Source of the DNA: Bacteroidales bacterium
Lineage (GTDB): Bacteria; Bacteroidota; Bacteroidia; Bacteroidales; WCHB1-69
DNA length: 64,000 nucleotides
Reading direction: 5' to 3'
NCBI GenBank assembly: GCA_024400815.1
Contig: JAKSMD010000002.1
Coordinates: 4,587 to 68,586, forward strand
Below the pieces are notes generated by a model. It saw only the letters and a list, made by a program, of their open reading frames with translations, did not search any database and was not told the origin of the DNA. The translations under genes and the position numbers were made by a program. Of this stretch, positions 29,233 to 40,310 are shown in pieces; the first letter of the stretch is position 1, and each line of letters starts with the position of its first letter.

Positions 29233-30027
29233 ATGAGACAATATCAAGACCTTTTAAAAACCATATTGGGAAGCGGTTCCTACAAATCTGACCGCACTGG
29301 CACTGGCACTTACAGCATTTTCGGTTACCAAATGCGCTTTGATTTGTCTCAAGGTTTTCCTCTTCTCACCACAAAGAAACTACACTTGCGTTCGATCATC
29401 TACGAACTGCTCTGGTTTCTCCAAGGCGACACCAACATCGGTTATCTGAAGGACCATGGGGTTTCCATTTGGGACGAATGGGCTGACCCCAACGGCGATT
29501 TAGGTCCGATTTACGGTCATCAGTGGCGTTCTTGGGGCACTCCCGACGGCGCAAAGGTAGATCAAATCAGTCAGGTCATTGAACAGATCAAAAACAATCC
29601 GGATTCCCGCCGATTGATGGTTTGCGCTTGGAATGTGGGAGAAATCGACAAGATGGCGCTGCCGCCATGCCATGTGCTATTCCAATTCTATGTCAACAAT
29701 GGAGAAATTTCGCTGCAGCTCTACCAGCGCAGTGCGGATGTGTTCCTCGGCGTGCCCTTCAACATCGCTTCTTACACCCTACTATTGATGATGGTGGCAC
29801 AAGTCTGCAACCTCAAGCCCAAAGCGTTCATTCACACTTTAGGCGATGCCCACATCTACTCCAATCATGTGGAACAAGCAAAGTTGCAACTCTCCCGCGA
29901 CCCGCGTCCGCTGCCTACCATGCGCATCAATCCGGAGGTGAAAGACATTTTCAGTTTCCAATACGAAGACTTCCAATTGGAAAATTACGACCCACATCCC
30001 CACATCAAAGCAGATGTGGCTATTTAA
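29233..30027 (+). CDS. thyA: thymidylate synthase
   Basis: 264 aa with [12 protein letters not shown] and [16 protein letters not shown] motifs. Confidence 0.97.
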   Translation: MRQYQDLLKTILGSGSYKSDRTGTGTYSIFGYQMRFDLSQGFPLLTTKKLHLRSIIYELLWFLQGDTNIGYLKDHGVSIWDEWADPNGDLGPIYGHQWRSWGTPDGAKVDQISQVIEQIKNNPDSRRLMVCAWNVGEIDKMALPPCHVLFQFYVNNGEISLQLYQRSADVFLGVPFNIASYTLLLMMVAQVCNLKPKAFIHTLGDAHIYSNHVEQAKLQLSRDPRPLPTMRINPEVKDIFSFQYEDFQLENYDPHPHIKADVAI

Positions 30028-30069
30028 TCTCATAGCAAATAATTAGAAAATTAATAAATATCAACCCTT

Positions 30070-31266
30070 ATGAAATCCATAGACCAATACAATTTCAGCA
30101 ATCAAAAAGTGCTCATCCGCGTGGACTATAACGTACCTTTGGATGATAATTTCAATGTAACCGACGTAACCCGCATCGTGCGAACCAAAGAAACCGTTGC
30201 TAAAATCCTCAACGATGGCGGCAGCGTTATCTTGATGTCACACCTCGGAAGACCCAAAGGAGAAGTCAATGACAAATTCTCTTTGCGTCACATTGTCAAA
30301 ACCGTATCTGAAATTTTAGGACAAGAAGTTATCTTCGCCGGCGACGTGCTGAGTGAAGAAACCGCTAACACTATTGCTGGCCTGAAGCCGGGTTCTATTG
30401 CACTGCTGGAAAACCTTCGTTTCCATGCTGAAGAAGAAAAAGGCGATGTTGATTTCGCCAAAGCCATTGCCCGATTGGGTGACGTGTACGTTAACGACGC
30501 ATTCGGCACTGCACACCGCGAACACGCTTCTACCGCCACTATCGCTCGCTGCTTCCCTGGCAAAGCATTTGCTGGCTATCTGCTTTACAACGAAGTGATG
30601 AGTTTGGAAACTGTCCTCAACGGCAAAGTTCGCCCGTTCACTGCTATCATCGGCGGTTCTAAAGTTTCCACCAAAATCAACATCATCACCAATTTGTTGC
30701 CCAAAGTTGACAACCTCATCGTCGGCGGTGGTTTGAGCTACACCTTCCTCGCCGCCATGGGCTACACCATCGGCAATTCCCTCTTCGAACCAGAAATGTT
30801 GCCTGTGGCTAAAGATATTCTCAAACAAGTTGAAGCTTCCGGCAAAAAATTCTATTGCCGTCTCGATACCATCTGCGGCGACAAATTCGGCGATGACGCC
30901 AACATCTTAATTACCGAAGACAACAACATCCCTGACAACTGGGAAGGCCTCGACATCGGTCCGAAAACACAGCACAGCTTCGCTCAAGTGTTGAAAGATT
31001 CTAAGATGATTCTCTGGAACGGTCCGGTCGGCGTTTTCGAATTGGAAAAATTCAGCAAGGGAACCAAGGCAGTGGCCATCAGCGTCGCTGCTTCCACCTT
31101 GGCAGGCGCTTACTCCGTCATTGGCGGCGGCGACTCTATTGCTGCCATCAACAAATATGACCTCGCCGACTATGTTTCTTACATCAGCACTGGCGGCGGC
31201 GCTATGCTCGAATACCTCGAAGGCAAAGAACTTCCTGGCGTTAAAGCTTTGAACGAAATGTGCTAA
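30070..31266 (+). CDS. pgk: phosphoglycerate kinase
   Basis: VLIRVDYNVPL, MSHLGRPKG and C-terminal IGGGDS, STGGGA motifs. Confidence 0.95.
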   Translation: MKSIDQYNFSNQKVLIRVDYNVPLDDNFNVTDVTRIVRTKETVAKILNDGGSVILMSHLGRPKGEVNDKFSLRHIVKTVSEILGQEVIFAGDVLSEETANTIAGLKPGSIALLENLRFHAEEEKGDVDFAKAIARLGDVYVNDAFGTAHREHASTATIARCFPGKAFAGYLLYNEVMSLETVLNGKVRPFTAIIGGSKVSTKINIITNLLPKVDNLIVGGGLSYTFLAAMGYTIGNSLFEPEMLPVAKDILKQVEASGKKFYCRLDTICGDKFGDDANILITEDNNIPDNWEGLDIGPKTQHSFAQVLKDSKMILWNGPVGVFELEKFSKGTKAVAISVAASTLAGAYSVIGGGDSIAAINKYDLADYVSYISTGGGAMLEYLEGKELPGVKALNEMC

Positions 31267-31305
31267 TCTCATTTCATCGTATAATCGTAAAATCATATAT
31301 TCTGC

Positions 31306-32400
31306 ATGATAAACCCGAATTATTACTGCGTTATCATGGCCGGCGGCATCGGCGCCCGCTTCTGGCCTATGAGCAACTCTACTACGCCTAAGCAATTTAT
31401 CGATATCCTCGGCGAAGGACAAACCCTTATCCAAAAAACCTTCAACCGTTTTACCAAAATCTGTCCGAAAGAGAATATCTATATCGTAACCAGCAAGGCA
31501 TATAAAGAAATCACTCACAAGCAGTTGCCCGACATTAGCGAAGACCAAATCATACTGGAACCCTATCGTCGCAATACGGCTCCTTGTATCGCCTACGCCA
31601 ACTATAAAATCAAGACTAAAAATCCGAATGCCGCTGTCGTAGTGGCCCCTTCCGACCATGTGATCTTGAAAGAAGACATTTTCACCAATGTCATCGAAGA
31701 AGGTTTGAAAGCCGTATCTGAAAATCCATGGCTTATGACCATCGGCATCCGCCCCTCTTCCCCCAACACAGGCTATGGCTACATCCAATACAACGAGGAC
31801 AAATCCTACGAGAAAAACCGTAGCATCTACGATGTGAAAACTTTTACCGAAAAACCAGAATTGGAAATGGCTAAAAGTTTCTTGGAAAGCGGTGACTTCC
31901 TCTGGAATGCCGGCATCTTTATGTGGTCGATGAAGGAAATTCAAAAAGCTTTTGAAACTTTCTTGCCAGATGTGGATGCCCTCTTCAAACAAGGCGAAGG
32001 CCTCTACAATACCGACAGCGAACCTGAATTTATCGACAAGATATACCAAGTTTGCCGCAACATTTCCGTGGACTACGGCATTATGGAAAAAGCCCAAAAT
32101 GTCCATGTCTATGCTGCCAACTTCGGCTGGTCAGACCTCGGCACTTGGGGCTCTCTTTACGAAATCCGAAAAAAAGACACCAACCAGAATGTCGTGTCCG
32201 GCAACCGCGTGAAAGTGTATGACTCCAACAAATGCATCATCAACATGCCGAAAAACAAAATCGTCGTGGTGCAAGGATTGGAAGATTACATTGTCGTAGA
32301 AAACGATGACATGCTGCTGATTTGCAAGAAATCCGATGAACAGCAAATCCGACAATATGTTGCTGAAGTACAAGTGGATTTTGGCAATAAATTCATATAA
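31306..32400 (+). CDS. mannose-1-phosphate guanylyltransferase-like nucleotidyltransferase
   Basis: IMAGGIGARFWPMS nucleotide-binding loop. 364 aa without a PMI domain. Confidence 0.85.
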   Translation: MINPNYYCVIMAGGIGARFWPMSNSTTPKQFIDILGEGQTLIQKTFNRFTKICPKENIYIVTSKAYKEITHKQLPDISEDQIILEPYRRNTAPCIAYANYKIKTKNPNAAVVVAPSDHVILKEDIFTNVIEEGLKAVSENPWLMTIGIRPSSPNTGYGYIQYNEDKSYEKNRSIYDVKTFTEKPELEMAKSFLESGDFLWNAGIFMWSMKEIQKAFETFLPDVDALFKQGEGLYNTDSEPEFIDKIYQVCRNISVDYGIMEKAQNVHVYAANFGWSDLGTWGSLYEIRKKDTNQNVVSGNRVKVYDSNKCIINMPKNKIVVVQGLEDYIVVENDDMLLICKKSDEQQIRQYVAEVQVDFGNKFI

Positions 32401-32446
32401 TCTGCCATTTTTCAAAAATCGACAAACTCGCATTACCAAACATACA

Positions 32447-34561
32447 ATGCAGCAAACAAGGCACAGAACTAACCCTCAGACCACGCAGCGTCCACAACGC
32501 AAATGCTTGACTCCGTTGTTATTGTTCTGTACCTTGTTTTTTTTGTGTCTTGGAACAAAGGGCCATGCACAAAACGTTCCCGACAGCGTTACCCATCATC
32601 AGCTGCCCGAAATCAACATTGGGGGCGATTATTTCTCAACAGGATTGAGTCCAGCGGCCATTCAAACCATTACGGCCAAGCAACTCAGCAATCTTCCTAC
32701 CCTTCAACTATCTGACGCCTTGAAATACATGTCCGGCATTGTCATCAAAGACTATGGCGGCGCTGGTGGCATGAAAACCGTTTCCATCCGCGGACTCGGT
32801 TCCCAACATACCGGTGTTTCATACGACGGCATCATGCTCACCGACTGCCAAACCGGACAAATCGACCTGAGCAAGCTGTCATTAGACAATGTGGCATCCG
32901 TATCTGTCATTTCCGGACTCAACTCCGCCCTGACTCCCGCCCGACATTTTTCGTACAGCAATCTCATTAAAATTCAAACCTTCCACAACCTCCCGCAAAA
33001 GCCGATACATCTGAAAGTGGCCTTTACCGGTGGTTCTTTCGGACTCATCTCTCCACAGTTTTTTTTCGAAAACCTCATCAGAAGCAAAAAAAACAAAGAT
33101 AGATACTTCCTGTGGAACCTTTCTGGCAATTACCTTCAATCCAAAGGAGACTACCCGTTCACCCTGCACTATGGCGGCAATACAGACAGCGTCTCGCACG
33201 AACGCCGACAGAATGCAGATGTTAGATCCTTCAACACCGAACTGAATCTCCTTTACAAGCCTAGCAACCGCCAAACTTTGCAAGCCAAATTGTACTACTA
33301 TGACGCAGAACGCGGTCTGCCCTCCGCAACCGTACTCTACAACCTTGAATCTCACCAGCGCTTAGCTAACCGCAACACCTTCGGACAAATCAATTATCTA
33401 CAACAATTTTCCCCGAAATGGACCTACCTGGTTTGCGGAAAATTCAACTATGACTACACACATTACATTGATCCACAATATCTTAATACAGAAGGCAAAC
33501 TCGACAACATCTATGAGCAATACGAGGGATACATTTCCAATGCCGTGAAGTACTCCCCACTCTATAAGCACAACGGTTGGCACATTCGAGACAATCCCGT
33601 GAACCTCCACATCTCATTGGCCAATGACCTTTTTTTCAACCAATTAGAAGGAAACTCCTTAGACTATCTTCACCCTAAGAGATTCACTTCCATGACAGAC
33701 TTGTCCGTTCTCTATTACGACCTACAAATCCGAGTCAGCGGCAACCTGCTGCTCACCACCGTTAATAACTACACGGATAACAACATTGACCTTAAAAACT
33801 ATGTTCATGCTTCACCAGCCCTCAATTTTCAATTTACCGACAAGTCCTTACATTGGATAATACGGGCATTCTACAAAAACATCTTCCGTATGCCCACCTT
33901 CAACGATTTGTTCTATCGAGAAGTCGGCAATTTATATTTAGAACCAGAAAAGACGCACCAATGGGACTTGGGCTTCGCCTATCACCGGAATCATTTTTAT
34001 AACGGAAAAATGGACTTTTCTGCCAATTTAGATGGTTATTTCAACATAGTAAAGGATAAAATTGTTGCATTTCCATCTCAGAATTTGTTTTCATGGACCA
34101 TGCTCAATTACGGAAAAGTTTGGATTGGTGGAGCTGAAATCAACGCAAACTGGCAATATCAATTTGTCAAACGCTATTTTATACGTTTGAATGGAAACTG
34201 CACTTGCCAAAAAGCAGTTGACCGGACAGATTCTACAGGCAAGACTTTCAACCATCAAATTCCATACACGCCCGTTTGGTCTGGTTCGGCCAGTGCCAGC
34301 GTAGAAACGCCTTGGTTTACCATTGCATACTCCATCATTGCCAGTGGCAAACGCTACGCATTAGGAGAAAATATTCCCGCCAACCAGGTCAACGGATACC
34401 TTGACCAAAGTATCACATTGGGCCATGAATTTGACATCAAAAAAGTCAAATTGGGCATCAAATTCGAATTGTTGAATATTGCCAATGCCCACTATGAAAT
34501 TATCCGAAATTATCCTATGCAAGGACGGAACTTCCGTCTAAAAGTATGGTTTTCATATTGA
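32447..34561 (+). CDS. TonB-dependent receptor (BtuB-size, no SusD partner)
   Basis: Signal peptide, plug domain (VSIRGLGSQHTGVSYDGIML), beta-barrel repeats, and an aromatic C-terminus (KVWFSY). Start trimmed from 32336, which overlaps the preceding gene. Confidence 0.85.
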   Translation: MQQTRHRTNPQTTQRPQRKCLTPLLLFCTLFFLCLGTKGHAQNVPDSVTHHQLPEINIGGDYFSTGLSPAAIQTITAKQLSNLPTLQLSDALKYMSGIVIKDYGGAGGMKTVSIRGLGSQHTGVSYDGIMLTDCQTGQIDLSKLSLDNVASVSVISGLNSALTPARHFSYSNLIKIQTFHNLPQKPIHLKVAFTGGSFGLISPQFFFENLIRSKKNKDRYFLWNLSGNYLQSKGDYPFTLHYGGNTDSVSHERRQNADVRSFNTELNLLYKPSNRQTLQAKLYYYDAERGLPSATVLYNLESHQRLANRNTFGQINYLQQFSPKWTYLVCGKFNYDYTHYIDPQYLNTEGKLDNIYEQYEGYISNAVKYSPLYKHNGWHIRDNPVNLHISLANDLFFNQLEGNSLDYLHPKRFTSMTDLSVLYYDLQIRVSGNLLLTTVNNYTDNNIDLKNYVHASPALNFQFTDKSLHWIIRAFYKNIFRMPTFNDLFYREVGNLYLEPEKTHQWDLGFAYHRNHFYNGKMDFSANLDGYFNIVKDKIVAFPSQNLFSWTMLNYGKVWIGGAEINANWQYQFVKRYFIRLNGNCTCQKAVDRTDSTGKTFNHQIPYTPVWSGSASASVETPWFTIAYSIIASGKRYALGENIPANQVNGYLDQSITLGHEFDIKKVKLGIKFELLNIANAHYEIIRNYPMQGRNFRLKVWFSY

Positions 34562-34588
34562 CAATAAACAAATTAAGCAAAACATAGA

Positions 34589-35686
34589 ATGAAGATAAAA
34601 GAAGTAACACAACATTTGGAGCGCCGCTTTCCGCTCTACCTTCAAGAAGATTTTGACAACTGCGGTGTACAATGCGGAGACATCGAACAAGAAATCACTG
34701 GCGCCCTCATCTGTTTTGAAATGTCAGAAGCCGTTCTGGACGAAGCCGTCCAAAAAGGGTTCAACTTAGTCATTTCGCACCATCCACTCATCCTGAAACG
34801 CGGCATCCGTCGCATTTCACCTACCGACCGCGTGGGTAAAATTTTATACAAAGCACTGGTTAACAATTTGGTGCTATACTCTATGCACACCAATATTGAC
34901 AGTGCCGAAGGCGGCGGAAACGATGCCTTTGCCGAGTTGCTCGGATTGCAAAATACTCAAGTGCTCGTGCCACACAGCGGACTCTACGGAAAAGTAGTCG
35001 TATTTGTGCCCACGACACACACCCAGCAAGTTAAGGACGCTTTAGCCGCAACGGGGTGCGGCGTGCAAGGCAACTACGACCATTGCAGCTATACGATGAC
35101 AGGAACCGGCCATTTCCGTCCTAACGACCAAGCCCACCCATTTATTGGCGAGACAGCCGTTGAAGAAGATGTTGCCGAAGATCGTGTGGAGATGATCTTT
35201 CCCATCCATTTGCAGCGAAAAGTCATCCAAGCCATATACAAAAGCCATCCGTACGAAGAACCCGCTTTCGACATCATTCGATTAGAAAACCCCAGCAAGA
35301 CCATCGGACTGGGGCGCATCGGAATGCTTCCAAAAGAAATGGATGCGCATGATTTTCTGGAATATATCAAAGAAAAAATGCAAGTATCCACCCTACGCTA
35401 TTATGGTGCAATGGACAAGAAGATAAAAAATGTTGCCGTTTGCGGCGGCGGTGGCGCATCATTCATTGGCGCAGCCATGGCTGCTGGTGCGGATGCCTAT
35501 GTCAGCGGCGACATCAAATACCACGACTTTTTGGATACAGACAAACAGATGCTCTTGGCCGACATTGGACACCGTGAAGGCGAACATTTTATTAAAGAAA
35601 TTATTTATAAAGAGGTTAAAGAAAATTTTACTACTTTTGCAACCGAAATTTCTAAAATGGATATTTTGGAAATTTTATACATTTAA
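34589..35686 (+). CDS. Nif3-like dinuclear metal centre protein
   Basis: ISHHPLI and HTNID motifs, an inserted PII-like domain, and C-terminal GHxxxE. Confidence 0.9.
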   Translation: MKIKEVTQHLERRFPLYLQEDFDNCGVQCGDIEQEITGALICFEMSEAVLDEAVQKGFNLVISHHPLILKRGIRRISPTDRVGKILYKALVNNLVLYSMHTNIDSAEGGGNDAFAELLGLQNTQVLVPHSGLYGKVVVFVPTTHTQQVKDALAATGCGVQGNYDHCSYTMTGTGHFRPNDQAHPFIGETAVEEDVAEDRVEMIFPIHLQRKVIQAIYKSHPYEEPAFDIIRLENPSKTIGLGRIGMLPKEMDAHDFLEYIKEKMQVSTLRYYGAMDKKIKNVAVCGGGGASFIGAAMAAGADAYVSGDIKYHDFLDTDKQMLLADIGHREGEHFIKEIIYKEVKENFTTFATEISKMDILEILYI

Positions 35687-35716
35687 TTCTTGAAATTCAA
35701 ATAGTTAAATATCATT

Positions 35717-36685
35717 ATGCCAAGAAAAAAAGTTACCGAAGAGGAAGCAGTTGTTGCAGATGAAACTGCAAAAAAAACGACTAAGACGAGTACAACTACA
35801 GCTAAACGCACCAAAAAAACAGAAGAAGCTCCTGTAGTAGAAGCTGCAACTTCAGCTATTGAAGATGACGTTACGGTAGAAAAAAGCGCTGACGGCATCA
35901 TTGAAGTGAAAAAGCTCGAAAGCAATCAAAACAGCGCTGAAGAAATCACGATTGAACAGAAACTGCTCTCTTTGTACAATCTTCAACAAATTTGTTCTAA
36001 AATTGACGACATCCGTATGATTCGAGGCGAACTTCCTGAAGAAATTCGCGATAACGAGGACGAATGTGAAGGCAAAAGAACACGTATTGCTAAGTTGGAA
36101 GATGAAATCCAAAATTTGAAAACTAGCATTGCCAATCAGGAAACTATGAAAGCCGACGCTTTGGCAAGCATCAAGAAATATGAAGAACAACAGAACAATG
36201 TTCGTAATAACCGCGAATACGAGTCTCTTAGCAAGGAAATAGAGTATCAAAAACTGGAAATCCAAGTTGCGGACAAGCATAAAGCCAAATTCGAAGCTGA
36301 AATTGAAGAAAAAGAAGCTAAGATTGCGGAAACAAAAGAGAAACTTTCCGAATTGGAAGAAGTTCTGAATCAAAAGAAAGCCGAATTGGAAGTAATTATT
36401 GCCGATACGGAAAAAGAGGAGGAAGAACTCTTAGTTAAGGCAGACGAGCTCAAACAGAAAGTTGATGACCGTCTCTTGACCGCTTTCGAACGCATTCGCA
36501 AAAACGCTCACAATGGCTTGGCTATCGTTAGAATCGAGCGTGATGCTTGCGGTGGCTGCTTTAGCAAGATTCCGCCTCAACGTCAGTTGGACATCACCCT
36601 TCATAAGAAAATTATCGTTTGTGAAGCTTGTGGCCGTATTTTCATTGACGACAAACTCGTTCGTAGCCAAAACGCAGAAGAGTAA
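35717..36685 (+). CDS. COG1579-type coiled-coil zinc-ribbon protein with K/T/E-rich N-terminal extension
   Basis: Long coiled coil followed by CGGC...CEAC. This is the conserved partner gene of Nif3. Confidence 0.8.
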   Translation: MPRKKVTEEEAVVADETAKKTTKTSTTTAKRTKKTEEAPVVEAATSAIEDDVTVEKSADGIIEVKKLESNQNSAEEITIEQKLLSLYNLQQICSKIDDIRMIRGELPEEIRDNEDECEGKRTRIAKLEDEIQNLKTSIANQETMKADALASIKKYEEQQNNVRNNREYESLSKEIEYQKLEIQVADKHKAKFEAEIEEKEAKIAETKEKLSELEEVLNQKKAELEVIIADTEKEEEELLVKADELKQKVDDRLLTAFERIRKNAHNGLAIVRIERDACGGCFSKIPPQRQLDITLHKKIIVCEACGRIFIDDKLVRSQNAEE

Positions 36686-36705
36686 TCCTAAACCTCAACA
36701 TATAG

Positions 36706-36733
36706 TAAAGGGCGGAAATTTCCGCCCTTTTTT
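36706..36733. terminator. bidirectional terminator between the zinc-ribbon gene and the CCG-protein gene
   Basis: Perfect palindrome GGGCGGAAATTTCCGCCC flanked by AAA and TTTTTT. Confidence 0.85.
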
Positions 36734-36758
36734 ATTTCTACCTCTATGTATATATAAT

Positions 36759-37514
36759 CTATAGAATTTCTTTGTCCTTCTCTCCATTGAGGATGTCCGC
36801 CACATGGATGATTTCAACTCCAACATCATGGGCCTCTTTATAGGCATCTAATTGCTGCAGACAATGGATATCTGTTGAGGTGATGAATTCTGCGCCCATG
36901 TCGTATGCCTGTCGAATCACTTCCCCGGTCATCACTTCAGCCGCATTGGGGTTCATTAACGGGAAACGACCGTTGGCGCCGCAACAGATGGGTTGATTTT
37001 CTGAAATCAGCAATTCCAATCCTTCCGTATTTCTCAACAGAATCTCAGGAGCATCATTATCAGGATATAAATTCCGGGCAGAGCAAGACTTAAAATAATA
37101 GACACGATGATGGAATTTATTGCCTAACGATTCAACATGTTTGACATTGACAATAAAGTCGCACATTTCATACACTAATTGCACAAAATTGGCTCTTTCC
37201 GTTGAAGAATGCGAATTTTCCAACAATTGGCGCAAATATTGCTTCATAAAGCCCGCACAGCCGCAATCTGGAATAACCACAGGTGTCTTGGTGCCAAAAT
37301 TGTCCACCAACTGAATACTCAAGCTCTTAGCGTATTCAATTTCCCCTTGCAAATAGAAACGACGACCACAGCAAGTCTGCTCACTGTCATATTGGCAGCG
37401 AACGCCCAACTTTTCCAACACATTTTTAACGCTTTGCGCCGTGTTGGGCTGGAACATGTCCATCTGGCAAGGGATGAACAGATTTACAATATTATTGGAT
37501 GAGATTTCGCTCAT
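36759..37514 (-). CDS. CCG-domain (Fe-S)-binding protein, LutA/HdrB/GlcF-like
   Basis: Two cysteine-rich CCG modules (IPCQ...TCCG...DCGC and KSCS...ICCG...DIHC). ATG lies 11 nt after the nrdJ stop. Confidence 0.75.
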   Translation of the reverse strand: MSEISSNNIVNLFIPCQMDMFQPNTAQSVKNVLEKLGVRCQYDSEQTCCGRRFYLQGEIEYAKSLSIQLVDNFGTKTPVVIPDCGCAGFMKQYLRQLLENSHSSTERANFVQLVYEMCDFIVNVKHVESLGNKFHHRVYYFKSCSARNLYPDNDAPEILLRNTEGLELLISENQPICCGANGRFPLMNPNAAEVMTGEVIRQAYDMGAEFITSTDIHCLQQLDAYKEAHDVGVEIIHVADILNGEKDKEIL

Positions 37515-37525
37515 ATTCTAAACTA

Positions 37526-40228
37526 TTAGGAACCGCATTTGGAATAACCGCAGTTGGAGCAGACTAAACAGCCTTCCTTGAATTCCATCGTGTCTTTCTG
37601 GTTGCATTTAGGACAGATAACACCCTTTTGTTTTGTGCCGTCTTGGATGAATTTCTTCAAAGCGCGGCAAACACCATTTCTCCAAGAGTTAATACTTTCT
37701 TGGCGGAAGTTCAAACTGGAGATGATGTTTACGATATTTGTAACCGGCATGCCGTTACGCAATAAGGCAGAGGTCAGTTTTGCATAATTCCAGAATTCTT
37801 GATCGAAACAACGATCCAAACCGCACAAAATCACTTCATAACCGGCTTTATCATAGTATTTGAAATCATAAGACTTCGTACCATCTTCATGGCGGTTTTT
37901 GATGATAATGCCATGTTCAACCCACTTCGGCAATTGGAAGCTTTCTTCACCCGTTTTACCTGTAAAGATTTCATATGGTTTGCCATCATAAATGCCGATG
38001 TAAGCAACCCAGTCTTCGCTGTTGTTTTTGAAATGAATCACATCTGCATGCAATTCCTTCGGGCGTTTGAAGTTCTTCGGTGTTTTCTGTTCTTCGGCTT
38101 TCTTTTCGTCTTTAATGCTGTTCAAAACGCCGTCACGAGAACCTTCTCTGTAAACCGTCATACCCTTGCATCCGCATTCCCATGCTTTCATGTAAAGGTC
38201 GGCAACCACTTGTTCTGAAACATCTGCCGGCAAGTTCACCGTTACAGAAATGGAGTGGTCCACCCATTTTTGAACAGAACCTTGAAGGGCAACCTTCATC
38301 AAATAATCGGTATCAGCAGCGGTAGCTTTATAGTACGGAGATTGTTCTACCAATGCTTGGATTTCCTTATCGTTCATCTGTTTCATCTGTTCCAAGGTAT
38401 AACCCTTTGTTTCAGCCCAGATGACGAATTTAGGATGGAAAACCATATATTCCTCGAACATATCGCCAACAGTATCTTTTACAATACTTTTAGAGATATT
38501 GATATCATTCGGATTTATTTTTCTACGGCGTTTGTAAACCACATTGAAAGCAGGTTCCAAACCGGAGGTTGTCTGCGTACAAATACTTACACTGCCAGTC
38601 GGAGCGATAGTCAGCAAAGCAATATTACGGCGACCATAGCGAACCATATCGTCATAAAGTTTAGGATCAGCAGTTGCGATACGGTGGATAAATGGGTTAT
38701 GGCCTTCTTTGATGCAGCTATAGATAGGGAATGCGCCGCGCTCTTTAGCCATATTGACAGAAGAGCGATAAGCCGCAAGTGCCAATTGTTTATGGACCTC
38801 TGTAGAGAAAGCATTACCTTCTTCAGAACCATAGCGGATATTCAAGGCAGCCAGCATATCGCCTTCTGCGGTAATACCCAGACCTGTTCTTCTACCTTTG
38901 AGAGATTGTCTTCTAATCTTGGTCCACAACTCTTTTTCAACGCGTTTTACATTGTCATTTTCAGGATCGCTTTCAATTTTTGCCAAAATGCGATCAATTT
39001 TCTCCAATTCCAAATCAATGATGTCATCCATCAATCGTTGCGCATATTGGACATGGGTTCTGAAAAGCGGCATATTGAATGAAGCCTCAGGAGTGAACGG
39101 TTTGTCCACATAGCTGTAGAGGTTCATTGCAATCAGACGGCAGCTATCGTAAGGACAAAGTGGGATTTCGCCACAAGGGTTCGTAGAAACCGTCTTGAAT
39201 CCTTCATCTTTATAGCAATCTGGAACAGATTCGCGCAAAATGGTATCCCAGAATAGCACGCCCGGCTCCGCAGACTTCCAAGCATTGTGGATAATTTTCT
39301 TCCAAAGCTTAGAGGCATCAATATTTTGTTGAAAACGAGGTGTTTCAGATTCAATCGGATATTTTTGTTCATAAAGAGCTTCGTTTTTGACGCTCTTCAT
39401 AAAATCATCGTCAATTTTAACAGAAACATTAGCGCCAGTAACCTTGCCTTCGGTCATTTTGGCGTCAATGAATTTCTCAGAATCGGGGTGTTTGATAGAG
39501 ATAGAAAGCATCAAGGCGCCACGACGGCCATCTTGTGCCACTTCTCGAGTGGAGTTGGAATAGCGTTCCATAAAAGGAACCACCCCCGTTGAAGTCAATG
39601 CGCAGTTCTGCACATGGCTGCCGGAAGGACGAATACTGGACAAGTCATGACCAACGCCGCCACGACGTTTCATCAATTGAACTTGTTCTTCATCCATTTT
39701 CATGATTCCGCCGTATGAATCGGAATCACTGTCATTACCAATAACAAAGCAATTTGACAAGGAAACAATCTGGTCATTGTTGCCGATGCCGGCCATCGGG
39801 CTACCTTGCGGAACTATATATTTAAAGTGATCGAACAAAGAGAAAATCATCTCTTCGCTCATCGGATTTGCATAGCGCTTCTCAATGCGAGCAAATTCAC
39901 TTGCCAAACGATGATGCATTTCTTCCGGAGTGCGTTCCAGCAATTGACCATCCTTGTCTTTCAATGCATACTTATCAATCCAAACTCCGGCTGCCAATTC
40001 ATCACCACCAAAATAAGATACTACGTCAGCCAAAATTTCTGACTTTGTATATATCTTACGGACAGGCGATGATTTCTCTTCGATATCATTTACCGGCTGG
40101 ATGTTTTTCTGCAATGAACTTTCTCGAGATTGTAACAATCCGGAAGATTTTGCAGGTTGTTTGTCTAAAACCGTTGATTCAGACTCATTTTCTTCCATAA
40201 ATCCAAAAAGGGATAACTCGTTTGTCAT
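37526..40228 (-). CDS. nrdJ: adenosylcobalamin-dependent (class II) ribonucleotide reductase
   Basis: GDELAAGVWIDKYAL, NPCGEIPL active-site region, and C-terminal zinc ribbon CPKC...CSNCG. Start set to ATG 40228 because the track start at 40270 is TTG. Confidence 0.9.
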   Translation of the reverse strand: MTNELSLFGFMEENESESTVLDKQPAKSSGLLQSRESSLQKNIQPVNDIEEKSSPVRKIYTKSEILADVVSYFGGDELAAGVWIDKYALKDKDGQLLERTPEEMHHRLASEFARIEKRYANPMSEEMIFSLFDHFKYIVPQGSPMAGIGNNDQIVSLSNCFVIGNDSDSDSYGGIMKMDEEQVQLMKRRGGVGHDLSSIRPSGSHVQNCALTSTGVVPFMERYSNSTREVAQDGRRGALMLSISIKHPDSEKFIDAKMTEGKVTGANVSVKIDDDFMKSVKNEALYEQKYPIESETPRFQQNIDASKLWKKIIHNAWKSAEPGVLFWDTILRESVPDCYKDEGFKTVSTNPCGEIPLCPYDSCRLIAMNLYSYVDKPFTPEASFNMPLFRTHVQYAQRLMDDIIDLELEKIDRILAKIESDPENDNVKRVEKELWTKIRRQSLKGRRTGLGITAEGDMLAALNIRYGSEEGNAFSTEVHKQLALAAYRSSVNMAKERGAFPIYSCIKEGHNPFIHRIATADPKLYDDMVRYGRRNIALLTIAPTGSVSICTQTTSGLEPAFNVVYKRRRKINPNDINISKSIVKDTVGDMFEEYMVFHPKFVIWAETKGYTLEQMKQMNDKEIQALVEQSPYYKATAADTDYLMKVALQGSVQKWVDHSISVTVNLPADVSEQVVADLYMKAWECGCKGMTVYREGSRDGVLNSIKDEKKAEEQKTPKNFKRPKELHADVIHFKNNSEDWVAYIGIYDGKPYEIFTGKTGEESFQLPKWVEHGIIIKNRHEDGTKSYDFKYYDKAGYEVILCGLDRCFDQEFWNYAKLTSALLRNGMPVTNIVNIISSLNFRQESINSWRNGVCRALKKFIQDGTKQKGVICPKCNQKDTMEFKEGCLVCSNCGYSKCGS

Positions 40229-40310
40229 ATTTGATTTGATATGTGATAATGAATACTTTTTTGGTTCCAAATTTGAGACAATCCACCCGAAATCAGCACA
40301 TCAAAAGACA

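Noticed and set aside
30907-32106. 399-aa ORF on the minus strand spanning the pgk 3' end, the intergenic spacer and most of the manC-like gene.
   Set aside because: It is antisense to two strongly supported genes that happen to share frame 1. The translation is F/V/D/G/A-rich with no motifs, as expected for a shadow ORF of codon-biased genes. No promoter box lies upstream.
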